A stretch of DNA of 64,000 nt from Ylistrum balloti. Lineage: Eukaryota. The notes beneath the pieces are model-generated. The model did not search any database, was not told the DNA's origin, and saw only the letters and a program-made list of their open reading frames with translations. Location of the stretch: contig NW_026782097.1 in NCBI RefSeq assembly GCF_031769215.1, positions 434,001 to 498,000 of the forward strand, read 5' to 3'. This document shows positions 38,819 to 53,300 of this stretch, piece by piece (position 1 is the first letter of the stretch; each line of letters begins with the position of its first letter). The translations under genes and the position numbers were made by a program.

Positions 38819-39273
38819 TTAGTATCCACCAAATCTGGAGTTTCGTCTCATCCACCTGTTTCCATATCCACGTACGTAGCCTCCATATCCGTAGCCTTCG
38901 AGTTCGTAGCCTCCACGACCGAAGTTGTTTCCATATCCGGATTCCAATCCACCATAACCAACAAGTCCATTGTCATTTCCGTATCCGCCGTCTAATATTG
39001 ATCCCAGACGATACTCATAGGAATTTCCTGCAAAAATGATGTATTTTTAAAAACCATACAATCGAACACTATGGTAAAACATGGAGAACATAGACTTACT
39101 TTAACAAACATAAAACATTGCTAATGTTGCCAAGGATACAAATTTGGTGACATAACAATTAATATGATGTTCGTTAATTTGCTTGTTAAAATTCTGTTCA
39201 TCCAGTACATACCATAATAATGGCAGAGACCACTAGCCACAAGGCAGGACAGGAGAAACATTACCTTCAGCAT
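38819..39273 (-). CDS. GY-family copy 3, 89 aa (subtype A); ORF intact, exon-1 donor mutated
   Basis: join complement(38819-39027,39213-39273). MLKVMFLLSCLVASGLCHYYGNSYEYRLGSILDGGYGNDNGLVGYGGLESGYGNNFGRGGYELEGYGYGGYVRGYGNRWMRRNSRFGGY. The payload exon is not shown in the ORF track. The exon-1 donor reads CTAG|ATAAGT (39964). Confidence 0.85.
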
Positions 39274-40002
39274 CATGTTGGTTAGGTGGTACTGAAACAT
39301 GATTATGTTATGAAATATCATTTTATTTGCTGTTTCCTTTCTTTTACATTGCATGGTCAAACTGGACAGTAAAATCACTTTTTCTGTATACTAAACATAT
39401 TACCTTATTACAAAATACCCGACATTAGACAATAGGTTTGAGTTCTAAGTATTATATATACTACATATCTTTGGCCATTAGCCAATTTTAGATAGATATC
39501 AGAAGTCAAGGTATTGAATACAAAGTAATGTGTAGCCAATTGATATGAATGATGTGGGGAATAAGGTGAGTTGTTATGCATTCACGGTTATCAGATAACA
39601 CATGACAAAATTATCAATTCTGATTCTCGAAAAATATAGCTGGATATTTACTGTTAGTAACTGATGAGTGGGAATAATTATCTTGTTCAATGTGTGTCAG
39701 ATAGTATTCTGGGAAATGAATTGACACAAGCTCTATACTTGTATTTTCATTCAATATGCAATATAAGTATATATTATATAATTGAATGTTATTAATATGA
39801 TATTGTAAAAAAGCAAAAGGGAACCAAGGAATATAGATAATATTCTTTTGGCCTCGGAGGATTAAATGAAAAACATGCACAATAGTTTGACTCCCGATTC
39901 TCTTAGAAGCTATAATTAGCAGGTAATACAATCACATACAACTCACAATCGAACAGACACTTATCTAGAAATCAGTCCGATTCGATGACGACTTAGGATT
40001 AC

Positions 40003-40037
40003 GAATGACTTTTACCAGCTCCTCGAACATATTTATA
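40003..40037 (-). promoter_or_regulatory. TATA box + initiator of copy 3
   Basis: TATAAATA at complement 40030-40037; Inr A at 40006 (31 nt). Confidence 0.7.
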
Positions 40038-41054
40038 CCAGTTCCTAAAAAAATCCGGAAACATTTCTCAAACACGATTCGTTAAAATGACAAAAGATCA
40101 CCATAATAAAATCGAATGACCATTGACGAGTGTGACGTATCCTCACGAATAGTGACATGTGTCCAGTACGTTATACTAGAAAGAAGCGGTGAGTAAAAGT
40201 GCTCGGGGCTAAACGGACAATTTCATCAGAGTTGTAATATATATTTTCGTGTTTGTTTGTGTGTGGATACATATGAAAGAAATAGCTTCAATGTTCCCTA
40301 ACCAGTGTTTTGAAATTACCCGTACAAAATCATAGTATATACTTTTCTGTATAATTCGAATAAACCGTTGTTAACACTAGTAACCTGAAAACAGTAAATA
40401 CACAAGTATGGTAGTTTGTATGTATGAAGAAACGTTATAGCGTCAACCTCAATTATTCACTGTAGTTAATGATGATAAAACGATCTAACAGGTATGTCAA
40501 TGTTCAAACCGTCGAAATATTTGGTCAACCACTCGCATATAATGTTTCCTTTCTATCCCCAGTGATTCCATGAAAAATTCTCGCTAATTCCGGCCATAGT
40601 GCTGTCTTTCTAAGAAAAATAAAGCAAAGATATTGAAGCCATTTTGAATACACATATAACTGAATAAGATATGATTTTATTCCATTGCCCTATAATATGT
40701 ATTATCTAGATTATAAAAAGACTTTTAAAGTCATTTAATCTGGTGTCTCCTGCAATAAGCTCTTGGACCCATGCATGACCACACACTAGTTTACATACAC
40801 TAAAGGAACAGGAACATCTGAAAAACACCATGCAAATCCATGACTTCAAGAGAATGAACACTACCGGAAATGAAAGATTTTTTGGACAATTATCTTTTGC
40901 AATTCTCGATGTGAAATGTTTTGCATGACCTCATGAAAAGCGTAAAAGAAGCAATGCTGTGAAAGAATTTAGAAAATATGTTTTGAAATGCATCGATTTT
41001 CCAATTGAAATGTGCTTTTTATTTGTGTGTCATCTGTACATTAGTTATTGGTGT

Positions 41055-41792
41055 TATTTGATCACATAGCAGTATTGATCACATGGCAGTATTGATCACA
41101 TGGCAGTACTGATAACCTAGTAGTATTTGATTACATAACAATATTGATTACATAATTGTATTGATTACATAACAATATTTGATTACATCACAGTATTTTA
41201 TTACATCACAGTAATGATCACATGGCAGTATTGATCAAATAACAGCATTGATAACGAAGCAGCATTGATCACACAACAGTACTGATATCCTTACAGTATT
41301 TATTTCATAACAGTATTGATCACGTTGCAATATTTGATTACATCACAGTATTTGATCACATAACAGTATAGATTATATAACAGTATTGATAACGAAGCAG
41401 TATTGATCGCATAAAATTATTGATCACATAACAGTATCTGATTACACAACAATATTGATTACATAACAGTATTTGATAACATTATAGTGTTGATCGAGAA
41501 GCAATATTGATTACATAACAGTATTGATTACGTAACAGTATTGATTACGAAACAGTATTGATTACATACATTATTGATCACATAACAGTAATGATCACGT
41601 TGCAGTATTGATTACATAACAGTATTGATTACATAACAGTATTGATCACATAACAGTATTGATCACATAACAGTGCTGATTAAAAAACAATATTGATCAC
41701 GTAGCAGTATTAATTAAATAACAGTATTGATTACATAACAGTATTGATTAAAAAACAATATTGATTACATAGCAGTATTGATTACATCACAG
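41055..41792. repeat. 16-17-bp minisatellite, ~44 diverged copies
   Basis: Unit tattgat(c/t)acataacag; an expanded version of the 33643 array, lying in the spacer of the copy 3/4 palindrome. Confidence 0.92.
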
Positions 41793-42355
41793 TAGCTAAA
41801 CGGCCTTGAGCTTGTTGAGTGTTCGCATGTCTAGCACAACCACAATATCAACTACGGTCGAACCTGGTTTGCTAGTGGTTGACCAAATATTTCAACGATA
41901 TGACAATCAACTTATCTGCTAGATCGTTTTATCATCATCAACTACAATGAATAATTGAGGTTGCCAATATAACGCTTAGAACTTCATACATACAAACTAC
42001 CATACTTGTGTATTTACTGTTTTCACGTTACTAGTGTTAACAACGGTATATGCGAATTCTACAGAAAAGTATATACGATGATTTTCTACGGTTATTTCAA
42101 AACAATGGTTAGGGAACATTGAAGCTCGTTAATATGTATCCACACACATGTATATATATAAATCTGACGTAGTTGTCCGTTTAGCCCCGAGCACTTCTAC
42201 TGACCGGTTCTTACTAGTATAACGAACTGAACACATGTCACTATTCGTGAGGATACGTCACACTCGTCACTGGTCATTCGATTTTATTATGGTGATCTTT
42301 TGTCATTTTAACGAATCGTGTTTGAGAAATGTTTCCGGATTTTTTTAGGAACTGG

Positions 42356-42390
42356 TATAAATATGTTCGAGGAGCTGGTAAAAGTCATTC
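42356..42390 (+). promoter_or_regulatory. TATA box + initiator of copy 4
   Basis: TATAAATA at 42356; Inr A at 42387; donor CTAG|GTAAGT at 42428. Confidence 0.75.
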
Positions 42391-43144
42391 GTAATCTGAA
42401 CTCGTCATCGAATCGGACTGATTTCTAGGTAAGTGTCTGTCCGATTGTGAGTTGTATGTGATTGTATTACCTGCTAATTATAGCTTCCAAGGGAATCGGG
42501 AGTCAAGCTATTGTACATGTTTTTAATTTAGTCCTCCGAGTCCAAAATTATATTACCTGTATTCCTTGGTTCCTGTTTGCTTTCATGCTTAGTTTTATTT
42601 TATACAATAACTTATTCATTACATTCAACAATATAACATATACTTATATTGCATATTGGATGAACACACAAGTTTAGCGCTTATATCAATTCATTTTCCA
42701 GAATTCTATCTTACGTACATGGAACAAGATAATTACTCCCACTCATCAGTTACTTAAGTTAATATCGAGCTACAGTTTTTGAGAATCAGAATTTATAATT
42801 TTGTCATTTTGTCATTTGTTATCTGATAACCGTTATCACAAACCAAACCACGTTGTTTCCAGCATCATTCATATCCAATGGTTACACTCTACTTTGTATT
42901 CAATACGTTTACTTCTGATATCTATCTATAATTGTCTAATGGTCAAAGATATGTAATATATATAATACGTGGAACTCAAACCTATTGTCTAATGTCGGGT
43001 ATTTTGTAATGAGCTAAAATGTTTAGTATACAGAAAAGGGTATTTTACTGTCCAGTATAACCATGCAATGTAAAAGAAAGGAAACAGCAAATGAACTTAT
43101 ATTTCATAACGTGACCATGTTTCAGTAGCCACCTAACCAACACC

Positions 43145-43593
43145 ATGCTGAAGGTAATGTTTCTCCTGTCCTGCCTTGTGGCAAGCGGGCTCTGCCATTA
43201 TTTTGGTAAGTACTGGATGTACAGAATTTTCACAAGCAAATTGACGCATATCAAAATTTTGTTATGTATCCATGGGAACATATGCAAGACGATTTATGAA
43301 ATTGATACACGTTCAATGTTTTATGTTTGTTAAAGTAAGTCTATGTTCTCCATGTTTTACCATAGTGTAACATCATTTTTGCAGGAAATTCCTATGAGTA
43401 TGGTCTGGGATCAATATTAGACGGCGGATTCGGAAATGACATTGGACTTGTTGGTTATGGTGGATTGGGGTCCGGATATGGAAACAACTTCGGTCGTGGA
43501 GACTACGGACTCGAAGGATACGGATATGGAGGTTACGGACGTGGATATGGAAACAGGTGGATGAGACGAAAACCCAGATTTGGTGGATACTAA
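43145..43593 (+). CDS. GY-family copy 4, 89 aa (subtype A)
   Basis: join(43145-43205,43385-43593). MLKVMFLLSCLVASGLCHYFGNSYEYGLGSILDGGFGNDIGLVGYGGLGSGYGNNFGRGDYGLEGYGYGGYGRGYGNRWMRRKPRFGGY. 3'UTR intron 43624-43888; the polyA hexamer is changed to GATAAA. Confidence 0.92.
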
Positions 43594-44424
43594 GTCAATT
43601 GTCGCCAGTTCTTTAAGTTCCAGGTAATATTCATTATTGGCTGTTTTCTTGTTTTCTTTGGTAAATGTCTTATGCCAGTTGTTTAAGCGGAGAGTTACAG
43701 TACAGGATACAAACATAACGACAATGGAATATGTTACATTTGATCCGACTGTTTCGTTAGTAATTCCAGTATGTACGTTAATACACACATATATATAACA
43801 CAACCTGTAGATGTATAAGGAAATTTATACAGAAATGACCTATATTGATGTTGTCTTTTTGTCTAATGTTATTTTTCTTTCTTTGCAGATTCATCTTGTC
43901 AAGCATCATTTACCATTACCATTAATTTATTACCAAAAGTATGTTACAATTGATAAAGGTATTTGTCGTTAAAAGACGTGTGTGTAATTTATTTCGTGAC
44001 ATTGAAACAACAAATAGATTATGAATCTATGGTGATGCTATTCAGGGGCATTTCAATTTCTTGGGAATATTCCTGTTGGATTGAACCATCAAAATATTTT
44101 GGGATTTTCTTCCTGTTATGAAGATTTTACCGAGTTATCTCCACTTGAGTTTCAATGTTTTCAGCGTTTGGATCAGTTAAAATGAAATGTTTGTGTTGTC
44201 GACTTCGACATTGTCTGGAGTAAATCACTTTTGACGGTTCATTACGTGCATTTGAAGAACAATTTACACAATGATTATATATTTTTCCTGAGGAGAAGCA
44301 ATTATGGACAAAACCCTCCTACAGCTTACATGTAAAGAATTAAAGAATGACTGTAGAATGAAAACCTTACTTTTACTGTTTCTCTCATGATTAAGCAGGT
44401 ATACTGCCAATATCAGGTTACTTT

Positions 44425-45493
44425 CATTCGTTCGTCCAATCCTAGAGTATGCTGATATCGTATGGGCCAACTGTTCCCATAGAGAGAGTGCGACGTCTTA
44501 GAGTCAGTCCAACTTGAAGCATTACGAATTATTTCTGGATTAAGGCGTGGCACTAGCCAAAACATTTTATATAAAGAGACTGGCTTTGTTACACTTAGTC
44601 AGAGAAGACATTTACATCAAAATATTGTATTTTTTATTTTTTTTAACGGTATTTGTCCATCTCATGTATCAGAATTGCTGCTTCCCTTTTTTAACAACGC
44701 TGTTAATTACAACTTTCGACAAATAGGTTATTTGATGTTCCGTTATCAAGAACGCATTTATATCATTCTAGTTTTTTTCCAAAACTTATGTCGGAATAGA
44801 ACGAGCCAGACTGTCTGTTACCCACTATGACATCTCGTGGAGCACTAAAAAAGGAATGCTTAAACTCATCAGATATGGGTGCTTACCCAAAATGTAGTAA
44901 CATTTTTAAATATCATGAAGATTAATATAACATTATGTCAGTTACAAATTTTTTGCAAGTAATCTAAAATCTGATTTATTCAACTCATATCTTAATGATA
45001 GCCCTGTTTGTACATGTGGTGCTCCATTCGAAGATCGTGAACATTTTTTCATGCACTATCCTCTGTATACTAATCAAAGATATTATTTAACTCTTTCTTA
45101 GCGCTAAACTACTCTATACCGCTCAATATTCAAACTTTTATTTATGGTTTTCAGTCTCAAGACGTAAATATGAATATTATGGAGACGGTTCAGAAATACA
45201 TCAGAGACACCAAACGATTTTTCTAGACCCTTAACTAGCTTAATTTTACAATAATTTTGATATTTAAAATGTTTTTTGTCCATTGAAATTCACTGAAAAA
45301 CACAAATAATTTCCTGTCCAAACTCTATAATAATTTTATGAAATTTCTGTATAAGTAATATTCATATGTAATGTGCATGTATATACTGTTATATTTTGTA
45401 TGGAGACGGCTTATATATGCTTTGCCTGTTGCCCAATTCCTTTTGTTCATAGATCAGTACAATAAAATATTCTGAAATGAAATGAAAAATTAT
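44425..45493 (+). mobile_element. 5'-truncated CR1/L2-group LINE with 8-bp target-site duplication
   Basis: Frame FVRPILEYADIVWANCS..LESVQLEALRIISG..LYKETG..LSQRR, then C.CGAPFED.EHFF..MNIMETVQKYIRDTKRF. Tail aataaa..(tgaaa)n. GTTACTTT at 44417-44424 and 45494-45501 interrupts the copy-4 3' flank. Confidence 0.85.
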
Positions 45494-47809
45494 GTTACTT
45501 TTAATTTCACATTGATATAGCATGGAAGGAATCATCATATCTACATTCTCCGTTAAGTTTGGTAATGGTCTATTCGGCCACAAATTAAACACATTGTGTT
45601 ACAGTGACAATATTGAAAATCAGAAAATGCATTGAACATTCATAATTTTTTTATTCATCGCAGGATTTCAATTACGTAGCATCACTGACGAAGACCCAGT
45701 GAACAAGATAGTTGTATAACAAAGTTAAGGTTCTTAACCTTTTCTGAAATTTGAAAATGATCAAATACAAATAATATCCACTATGTCATACGTATTTCTT
45801 ACACCAAAAGATAATTGGGTAGGACCTTATATAACACCACACAATTCATTTTGTTCGAAGCCGTAAATGTAATGTTTTATACACAACATCTATGAATTGA
45901 AACATCTAAATCTGTACCTCAAACATGTACACACCTGATAAATACCATTCAGAGTCGAAACAAGAATACCAAAATTTGCACTCCCTGTATGTCGGATAAC
46001 TAGAATGTGGAGAAATTAATGTGATATGAGATACCTATTGTACATTGTAGTTTAATAGACATTTCGCGTTTAAGGACAGTGTTAGTAATGTGACCTGAAA
46101 TGAATAATTCACCCTAATTTCTGATCTGACGAAAATACATAATTCAAAGTGATGAAAACTACCTGATTTGGATGAATAGTTTTGAAAAGATCATATTAGT
46201 TGTTAGGTTATATGACAGAGTGGTTGAAAACGTAAGCATAGTGTAATCGATTCACTTTCAGAATAGACCCATTTGGTCTATAATCATTAGAATTGTAAAA
46301 TGAGCTTGTGTGGCCTGTAAATAGTGTTAACTTTTGTCTCTGTCACTGACTGGATGGAGCCAGCTTATTTGGCGCAGCTAGTAGAGCTCGTCGATTATCA
46401 CGCCGGTTCCTGGTTTGTCTTCGCTGATATTTCAAAAAATCATGCATATCTTAATTCAAAGTAAAACACATGTCTGTTTTCCTTGATTCAACTGTCCAAA
46501 CCACATTTAAATGTTCAAACATTGCAAAGAACAAATATAAAGTAATCAAGCTGGAGTGTAACAATTATTCAGGCTGCCAAGTCATCATTACGATACGAAT
46601 CTTCCACAACATTTTATTTCTGGCGCTTCTATTTCACACCAACATTTATCTAAGCTTCTCACTACCACTCCTAGTACAGCATATTCCGGATTACCGTCCT
46701 GTGGTGGTTTTAATATCTCTGCTGTGATGCATTCACAGCCTATGATGTTAACATAGTGCAGTTGATTCAATATCAAAGGGCGTGTTCCGATATGAAAGAC
46801 GTCGGTAACAACTGACAAACAATTTCTTGATATGTTGTGTCGAGATATGTAAGCTGATAAAGATTTTAAGGAAGTTTTACGAACGTCATGTGATCTCATA
46901 TGGAATAATCCCATTGTTATTGTGAGATCGGACGTGTTTGTTGCTCGTTTTTTTTTTTTTTTTTCATTTTTTCCCCTTTTGAATGGTTGTTCCGTGGTGG
47001 TGTTGTTTATCTGCCTCTGATCGGATGAAGCAGAAGACACTTTATCCTACTGGAATACTTGTATTTTTACTTTTTGTTCTATTCAGAAGTCTCCGTGTTT
47101 TTGTTTTGTTTTGTTAGCCCTCGTTTGTTTTCCTTTTGGTTTAGATGACGATTTTAGCTCGCTAACCTGTCGATATTTTCCCGTTATCACAAAAGTTATA
47201 CTTTATAAAAGTGAATCATGCAGAGAGAAACAAATTGGTTTTCCAAAATGTTGATCAGTGTTCGGACAGTTTTATTGTTTCAGATGACTGATATTCTTTC
47301 AATAGACATCAGTACATAATTCATAGAGATAATATAATTACACTGTTATGTTGAAGTTAGTAGTATTTTTGTATATTTATTGTCTTCTCAGTTGGTAACC
47401 ATAACAATCACATGTCAGATATGTGGGGAAAGGATTGGTTTAAAAAATGTACACAACTGTTATACCTGTACATCTCAAACATGACAAATAATTCAGGAAA
47501 AATGCAAATCAGCTGATTAATGATACATAAAATGTCTACTTCTTTATAAAAACGTCGGTGCCTGCCAACCTTTACACAATCATTTGATCTCACTTAATTC
47601 GAATACTCAACTGGATGTTTTAACATGCCCGTCGAGTTCGAGATGACGAGGTTCGACTGTAGTTGATATGGTGGTTGTTCTAAACATGCGAACATTCAAC
47701 CAGTTCAAGACCGTTTAGTTGGTGAAATAACACCATAATAACGCACCATATTAACACATCACAATAACACATCATAATAACCCAGCTGAAACAAACATGA
47801 CTTTCTGTT

Positions 47810-48025
47810 ATATGATAAAATACTGTTAAATGTGATCAATATTGCCATATGATCGATACTATTATGTGATCAATACTGCTTGGTTATCAATACTGTTATT
47901 TGATCAAATACTTCTAAGTTATCAACACTGTTATGTGATCAATACTGCCATGTGATCAATACTATTATGTGATTAATATTGCTTCGTTATCAACACTGTT
48001 ATGTGATCAATACTGTTATGTGATC
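47810..48025. repeat. 16-17-bp minisatellite, ~13 copies, inverted relative to 41055
   Basis: Unit ctgttatgtgatcaata. Confidence 0.85.
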
Positions 48026-49025
48026 CAATTACACCAATAACTATTGTACAAATGACACGCAAATGCAAAGCACATTTAGACTGGAATATCGATGCTTTCC
48101 AAAACACATTTTCGAAATTCATTCAAAGAATGCCTCTTTTACGCTTTTCATGAGGTCACGCAAAACATTTCACATCGAGAATTGAAAAAGATAATTGTCG
48201 AAAAAATCTTTAATTTCCGGTAGTGTCCAATCTCTGGAAGTGATGGACTTGCATGGTGTTTTTCAGATGTTCCAGTTGCTTTATTGTGTATAAACCATGA
48301 GTGTTTGGTCTAAGAGCTTATTGCTTTCGAATACAATTGCATGATACATGAGATTAAAATACAAGTCTTTTTATACTCTACAATGCATATTGCAGGGAAA
48401 TGGAATCAAATCATATATGATTTAGGCATATGTGTGTTCAAAATCGCTTCAATATTTTTGCTTTATGTTTCTTGGAGAGACAGCATTATGACCGGTAATT
48501 GTAAGAATTTTTCATGGAATCACTGGGGATAGAAAGTAAACATAACATGCTTGTGGTAGACCTAATATCTCGACGATATGAACATCAGCATATCTGCTAG
48601 AACATTTTATCATCATCAACTAGAGTGAATAATTGAGGTTGACGCTACGGCGCTTCTTCATACATACAAACTACCATACTTGTGTATTTACTGTTTTCAC
48701 GTTACTAGTGTTAACAACGGTTTATGCGAATTCTACAGAGAAGTATATACGATGATTTTCTACGGTTATTTCAAAACAATGGTTAGGGACCATTGAAGCG
48801 CATTTCATTCATATTTATCCACACACATGTATATATATAACTCTGACGTAGTTGTCCGTGTAGCCTCGAGCACTTCTACTGAACGGTTCTTACTAGACTG
48901 GACACATGTCACTATTCGTGAGGATACGTCACACTCGTCACTGGTCATTCGATTTTATTATGGTGATCTTTTGTCATTTTAACGAATCATATTTGAGAAA
49001 TGTTTCCGGATTTTTTAGGAACTTG

Positions 49026-49060
49026 TATAAATATGTTCGAAGACCGAGTAAAAGTCATTC
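49026..49060 (+). promoter_or_regulatory. TATA box + initiator of copy 5
   Basis: TATAAATA at 49026; Inr A at 49057; donor CTAG|GTAAGT at 49098. Confidence 0.75.
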
Positions 49061-49817
49061 GTAATCTTAACACGTCATCGAATCGGACTCATTTCTAGGT
49101 AAGTGTCTGTCCGATTGTGAGTTGTATGTGATTGTATTACCTGCTAATTATAGCTTCCAAGAGAATCGGGAGTCAAACTATTGTACATGTTTTTATTTAG
49201 TCCTCCGAGTCCAAAAGTATATTAATGTATTCCTTGGTTCCCTTTTACTTTCATGCTTAGTTTTTTGCTTATACAAGATCTAATTAATCACATTCAACAA
49301 TATGATATATACTTATATTGCATATTGAATGAAAATACAAGTTTAGAGCTTATATCATTTCATTTTCCAGAATACTATCTCACGTACATTGAACAAGATA
49401 ATTATTCCCACTCGTCCGTTACTATAAGTTAATATCCAGCTACATTTTATGAGAATAAGAATTGACAATTTTGTCATTTTGTCATGTGTTATCTGATAAC
49501 CGTTATTACATACCAAACCACGTTGTTTCCAGCATCATTCATATCCAATGGTTACACTCTACTTTGTATTCAATACCTTGACTTCTGATATCTATCTATA
49601 ATTGGCTTATGGTCAAAGATATGTCATATATATATAATACTTAGAACTCAAACATATTGTCTAATGTCGGGTATTTTGTAATAAGGTAATATGTTTAGTA
49701 TACAGAAAAAGACGTCTTTATTGTCAAGTATGCCCATGCAATGTAAAAGAAAGGAAACAGCAACTAAAATGATATTTCATAACATAATCATGCTTCAGTT
49801 GCCACCTAACCAACACC

Positions 49818-50311
49818 ATGCTGAAGGTAATGTTTCTCCTGTCCTGCCTTGTGGCTAGCGGTCTCTGTCATTATTATGGTAAGTACTTGATGTACAGAAT
49901 TTTCACAAGCAAATTGACGAACATCAAAAATTTTGTTATATCACCAAATTTGTATCCATGGCAACATTATCAAGACGATTTATGAAATTGATACACGTTC
50001 ACTGCTTTATGTTTGTTAAAGTAAGTCTATCTTCTCCATGTTTTACCATAGTGTTCGATTGTATGGTTATGATATGTTTTTATAAATACATCATTTTTGC
50101 AGGAAATTCCTATGAGTATGGTCTGGGATCAATATTAGACGGCGGATTCGGAAATGACATTGGACTTGTTGGTTATGGTGGATTGGGGTCCGGATATGGA
50201 AACAACTTCGGTCGTGGAGACTACGGACTCGAAGGATACGGATATGGAGGCTACGTACGTGGAGATGGAAACAGGTGGATGAGACGAAAACCCAGATTTG
50301 GTGGATACTAA
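49818..50311 (+). CDS. GY-family copy 5, 89 aa (subtype A)
   Basis: join(49818-49878,50103-50311). MLKVMFLLSCLVASGLCHYYGNSYEYGLGSILDGGFGNDIGLVGYGGLGSGYGNNFGRGDYGLEGYGYGGYVRGDGNRWMRRKPRFGGY. 3'UTR intron 50342-50640; AATAAA at 50694. Confidence 0.92.
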
Positions 50312-53300
50312 GTCAATTGTCGCCAGTTCTTTAAGTTCCGGGTAATATTCATTATTGGCTGTTTTCTTGTTTTCTTTGGTAAATGTCTTATGTCTGTTGT
50401 TTAAGTGGAAAGTGTTACAGTACAAGATACAAACATAGCGACAATTATAATATGCTACATCTGATCCGACGTATACGTTAATCATTAGTAATTCCAGTAT
50501 GTACGTAAATACACATAGATATAACACAACCTGTAGATGTATAAGGAAATTTATTCTGAAAGAACCTACTCATATTCCGTTACGATGATAATAAGATGTT
50601 GATCTTGTTATTGTCTAATGATATTTCTCTTCTTTTGTAGAATCATCTTGTCAAGAATTTACCATTAATTGATTACCAAAGATAATTTTAATTAATAAAA
50701 GGTATTTGTCTTTAAAAGATGTGTTTGTAATTTATTTCGTGATATTGAAGCTGCAGGTATATTCTGGCTCTATGGTGATGTTATCCAGGGGCATTTCAAT
50801 TCCTGGGGGATATTCTTGTTGGATTGAGCCATCAAATTGTTTCTGGATTCTGGATTTTTTTACTGCTATGAAGATTTTACCGACTTATCTCCACTAGAGG
50901 ATCGATGTATGGATCAGTTAAAAGGGAACGTTTGTGTGGTCGACTTCAACACTGTCTGGAGTAAACATGTATCTATTTTTAACGGTACATTTCGTACATT
51001 TGAAGAACAATTTACACAATGATTACAAATTTTTTACTTATGACAACCAATTATGGACAAAATCCGTCCTACAGTTTACACGATTTAAAGAATGACTGAA
51101 TAATTGAAACACTACTTTTACTGTTTCGCTCATGATGCTAAGTCATCATTACAATTAAAATCTTCCACAACATTTGATTTCAGGTGCGTCTAGTTCACCC
51201 AAACATTCATCTAAGCTTTTTACTACCACTCCTAGTACGTCATGTTCCGAATTACCGTCCTGTGTTGGTTTTAATATCTCTGCTGTGAATTATCCATTTC
51301 TGGATATCATCGACCCTCCATTCACAGCCTATGATGTCAACATATTGCAGTTGATTCGATATCAAAGCGTTGTTCCCGATATGCAAGATGTCAGTAACTG
51401 ACAAACAAACTCTTGACACGTGGTTTCGAGATATGTAAAGTGATAAAGGTTTTGAAGAAGTTTTAAGATCGTCATAAAAAAAAACAAAACAAAAACCACT
51501 GGGACTCCTGAAACGAACAAAGAGTATTAATCGAAGTGTACCGGTAGGGTAAAGTGTCTTCTGCTTAATACGATCAGAAGAAGATAAACAACAACGGAAC
51601 AACCAGTTTTAAAAAAAGGAAAAAACATAAAGCACGTCCGATCTCACATCGCAAATGACAATGTGATATTTCCAAATGAGATCACATGACGTCCGTAAAA
51701 CTTCCTCAAAATCTTTATCAGCTTACATATCTCGACAGAACATGTCAAGAGTTTGTTTACATAACGACATGCAATGTGGTTAAATTGGCTTTTCCTTGGT
51801 CGCTTTCAAACATTTTTTGGCACCAAGCATCACTAACGCATTCTAGAGCGACAAAACAGCTGTTGATGCTGTTCAAATCATTCTTTGGCTCTAATGTATT
51901 CTAATAATATATTGGTAAATGGTCGTTTATCGGGTGTTTTTCGTTCTAACCCCGTTTAATCTTGGCACATGGATATCAATTTGCATTTGTAGTTACATTG
52001 CATATTTTGTGATGACGTATTGTATTTAATAACACTTGGTATTTGATCATTAGCAGACTTCATATTGTTTTGACCTCTATGATAACAAATGAAAAGTATA
52101 CAAAAGTCACACAAATGATAAGTGTCTGTCAGTACCATTTTAGAATTCGATGCTTCAGAGTAAAGTAGTAAAGTAAACTATATGATTAAGTTTTTCTTTT
52201 AATATTCGTCAGTGATGCTGAGGGTCGTAAGGTTGAAACCGAGGAGGCGACAAAGTCAAATAAGAAATGAATCGAAAGAAATGTCGAAAAGACAATGTGA
52301 TGACTAACCAATTTATTCAATGAAATGTCTGTCATTGATGATAATTTTAGAAAAATGTCAGTTACGTCGTATATTTTCAAAGATGTCATTATTGGAATGA
52401 AGATGGCTTTCTCAAGTTATATCTCTTGTTTTCTGATGTCAGTTTCGCGATGTTGACTGAATTCAAGTGGTTTCAGATAGCTATTTGAAAGTCATTTATT
52501 TGAACAGTAAATCTTTTACATGAATTGGTCATATTGATCATCTTCCATGCTAACAAAACGGTCCGATTTCACAATTACAATAGCTAAGACCATGTATATA
52601 TTTTTACTCATCAAAACATTAAGATTCGAAGATTAAACAAATGTTTTGCAGTAGAAAGTTTATACGAGGTTCTAGTATAATAAAAATGAGCCAAAGAAGC
52701 TGGCTCCGTCAGGTCAGTGACAGAGACCGTAGTTAACACTATTTACAAGTCACACTCGCTCGTTTCACAATTTTGATTATTACAGACCAAACAGGATTAT
52801 TCTGAAAGAGAATCGAATGCACCATGCTTACTTTTTAACCACTCTCTTATATGCCTGAAAAATAATATAATCTTTCCGAGGCTATTCATCCAAATCAGGT
52901 AGTTTTCAACACTTGGAATTATATATTTTCGTCAGATCACAAATTACGGTTTATATGATGAATTATGTATTTTACATTACTAACACTGTCCTAAAACGCG
53001 AAATGTCTATTAAACTACAGTGTACAATAGGTATATCATATCACATTAATTTCTCCACATTCTAGTTATCCGACATGCAGGGAGTGCACATTTTGATATT
53101 CTTGTTTCGAACCTGAATGGTATTTATCAGGTGTGTACATGTTTGAGGTACAGATTTAGATTTTTCAATTCATAAATGTTGTGTATAAAACATTGCATCT
53201 ACGGCTTCGAACAAAATGAATTGATTTGTGTGGTGTTATATAAGGTTTTACTCAATTATCTTTTGGTGTAAGAAACACGTATGACATGGTGTATATTATT

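Noticed and set aside
38633-38995. Ser/Val/Thr-rich ORFs 38633-38995 (+), 43417-43803 (-), 50135-50527 (-), 57417-57650 (+)
   Set aside because: Antisense shadows of the GY payload exons.
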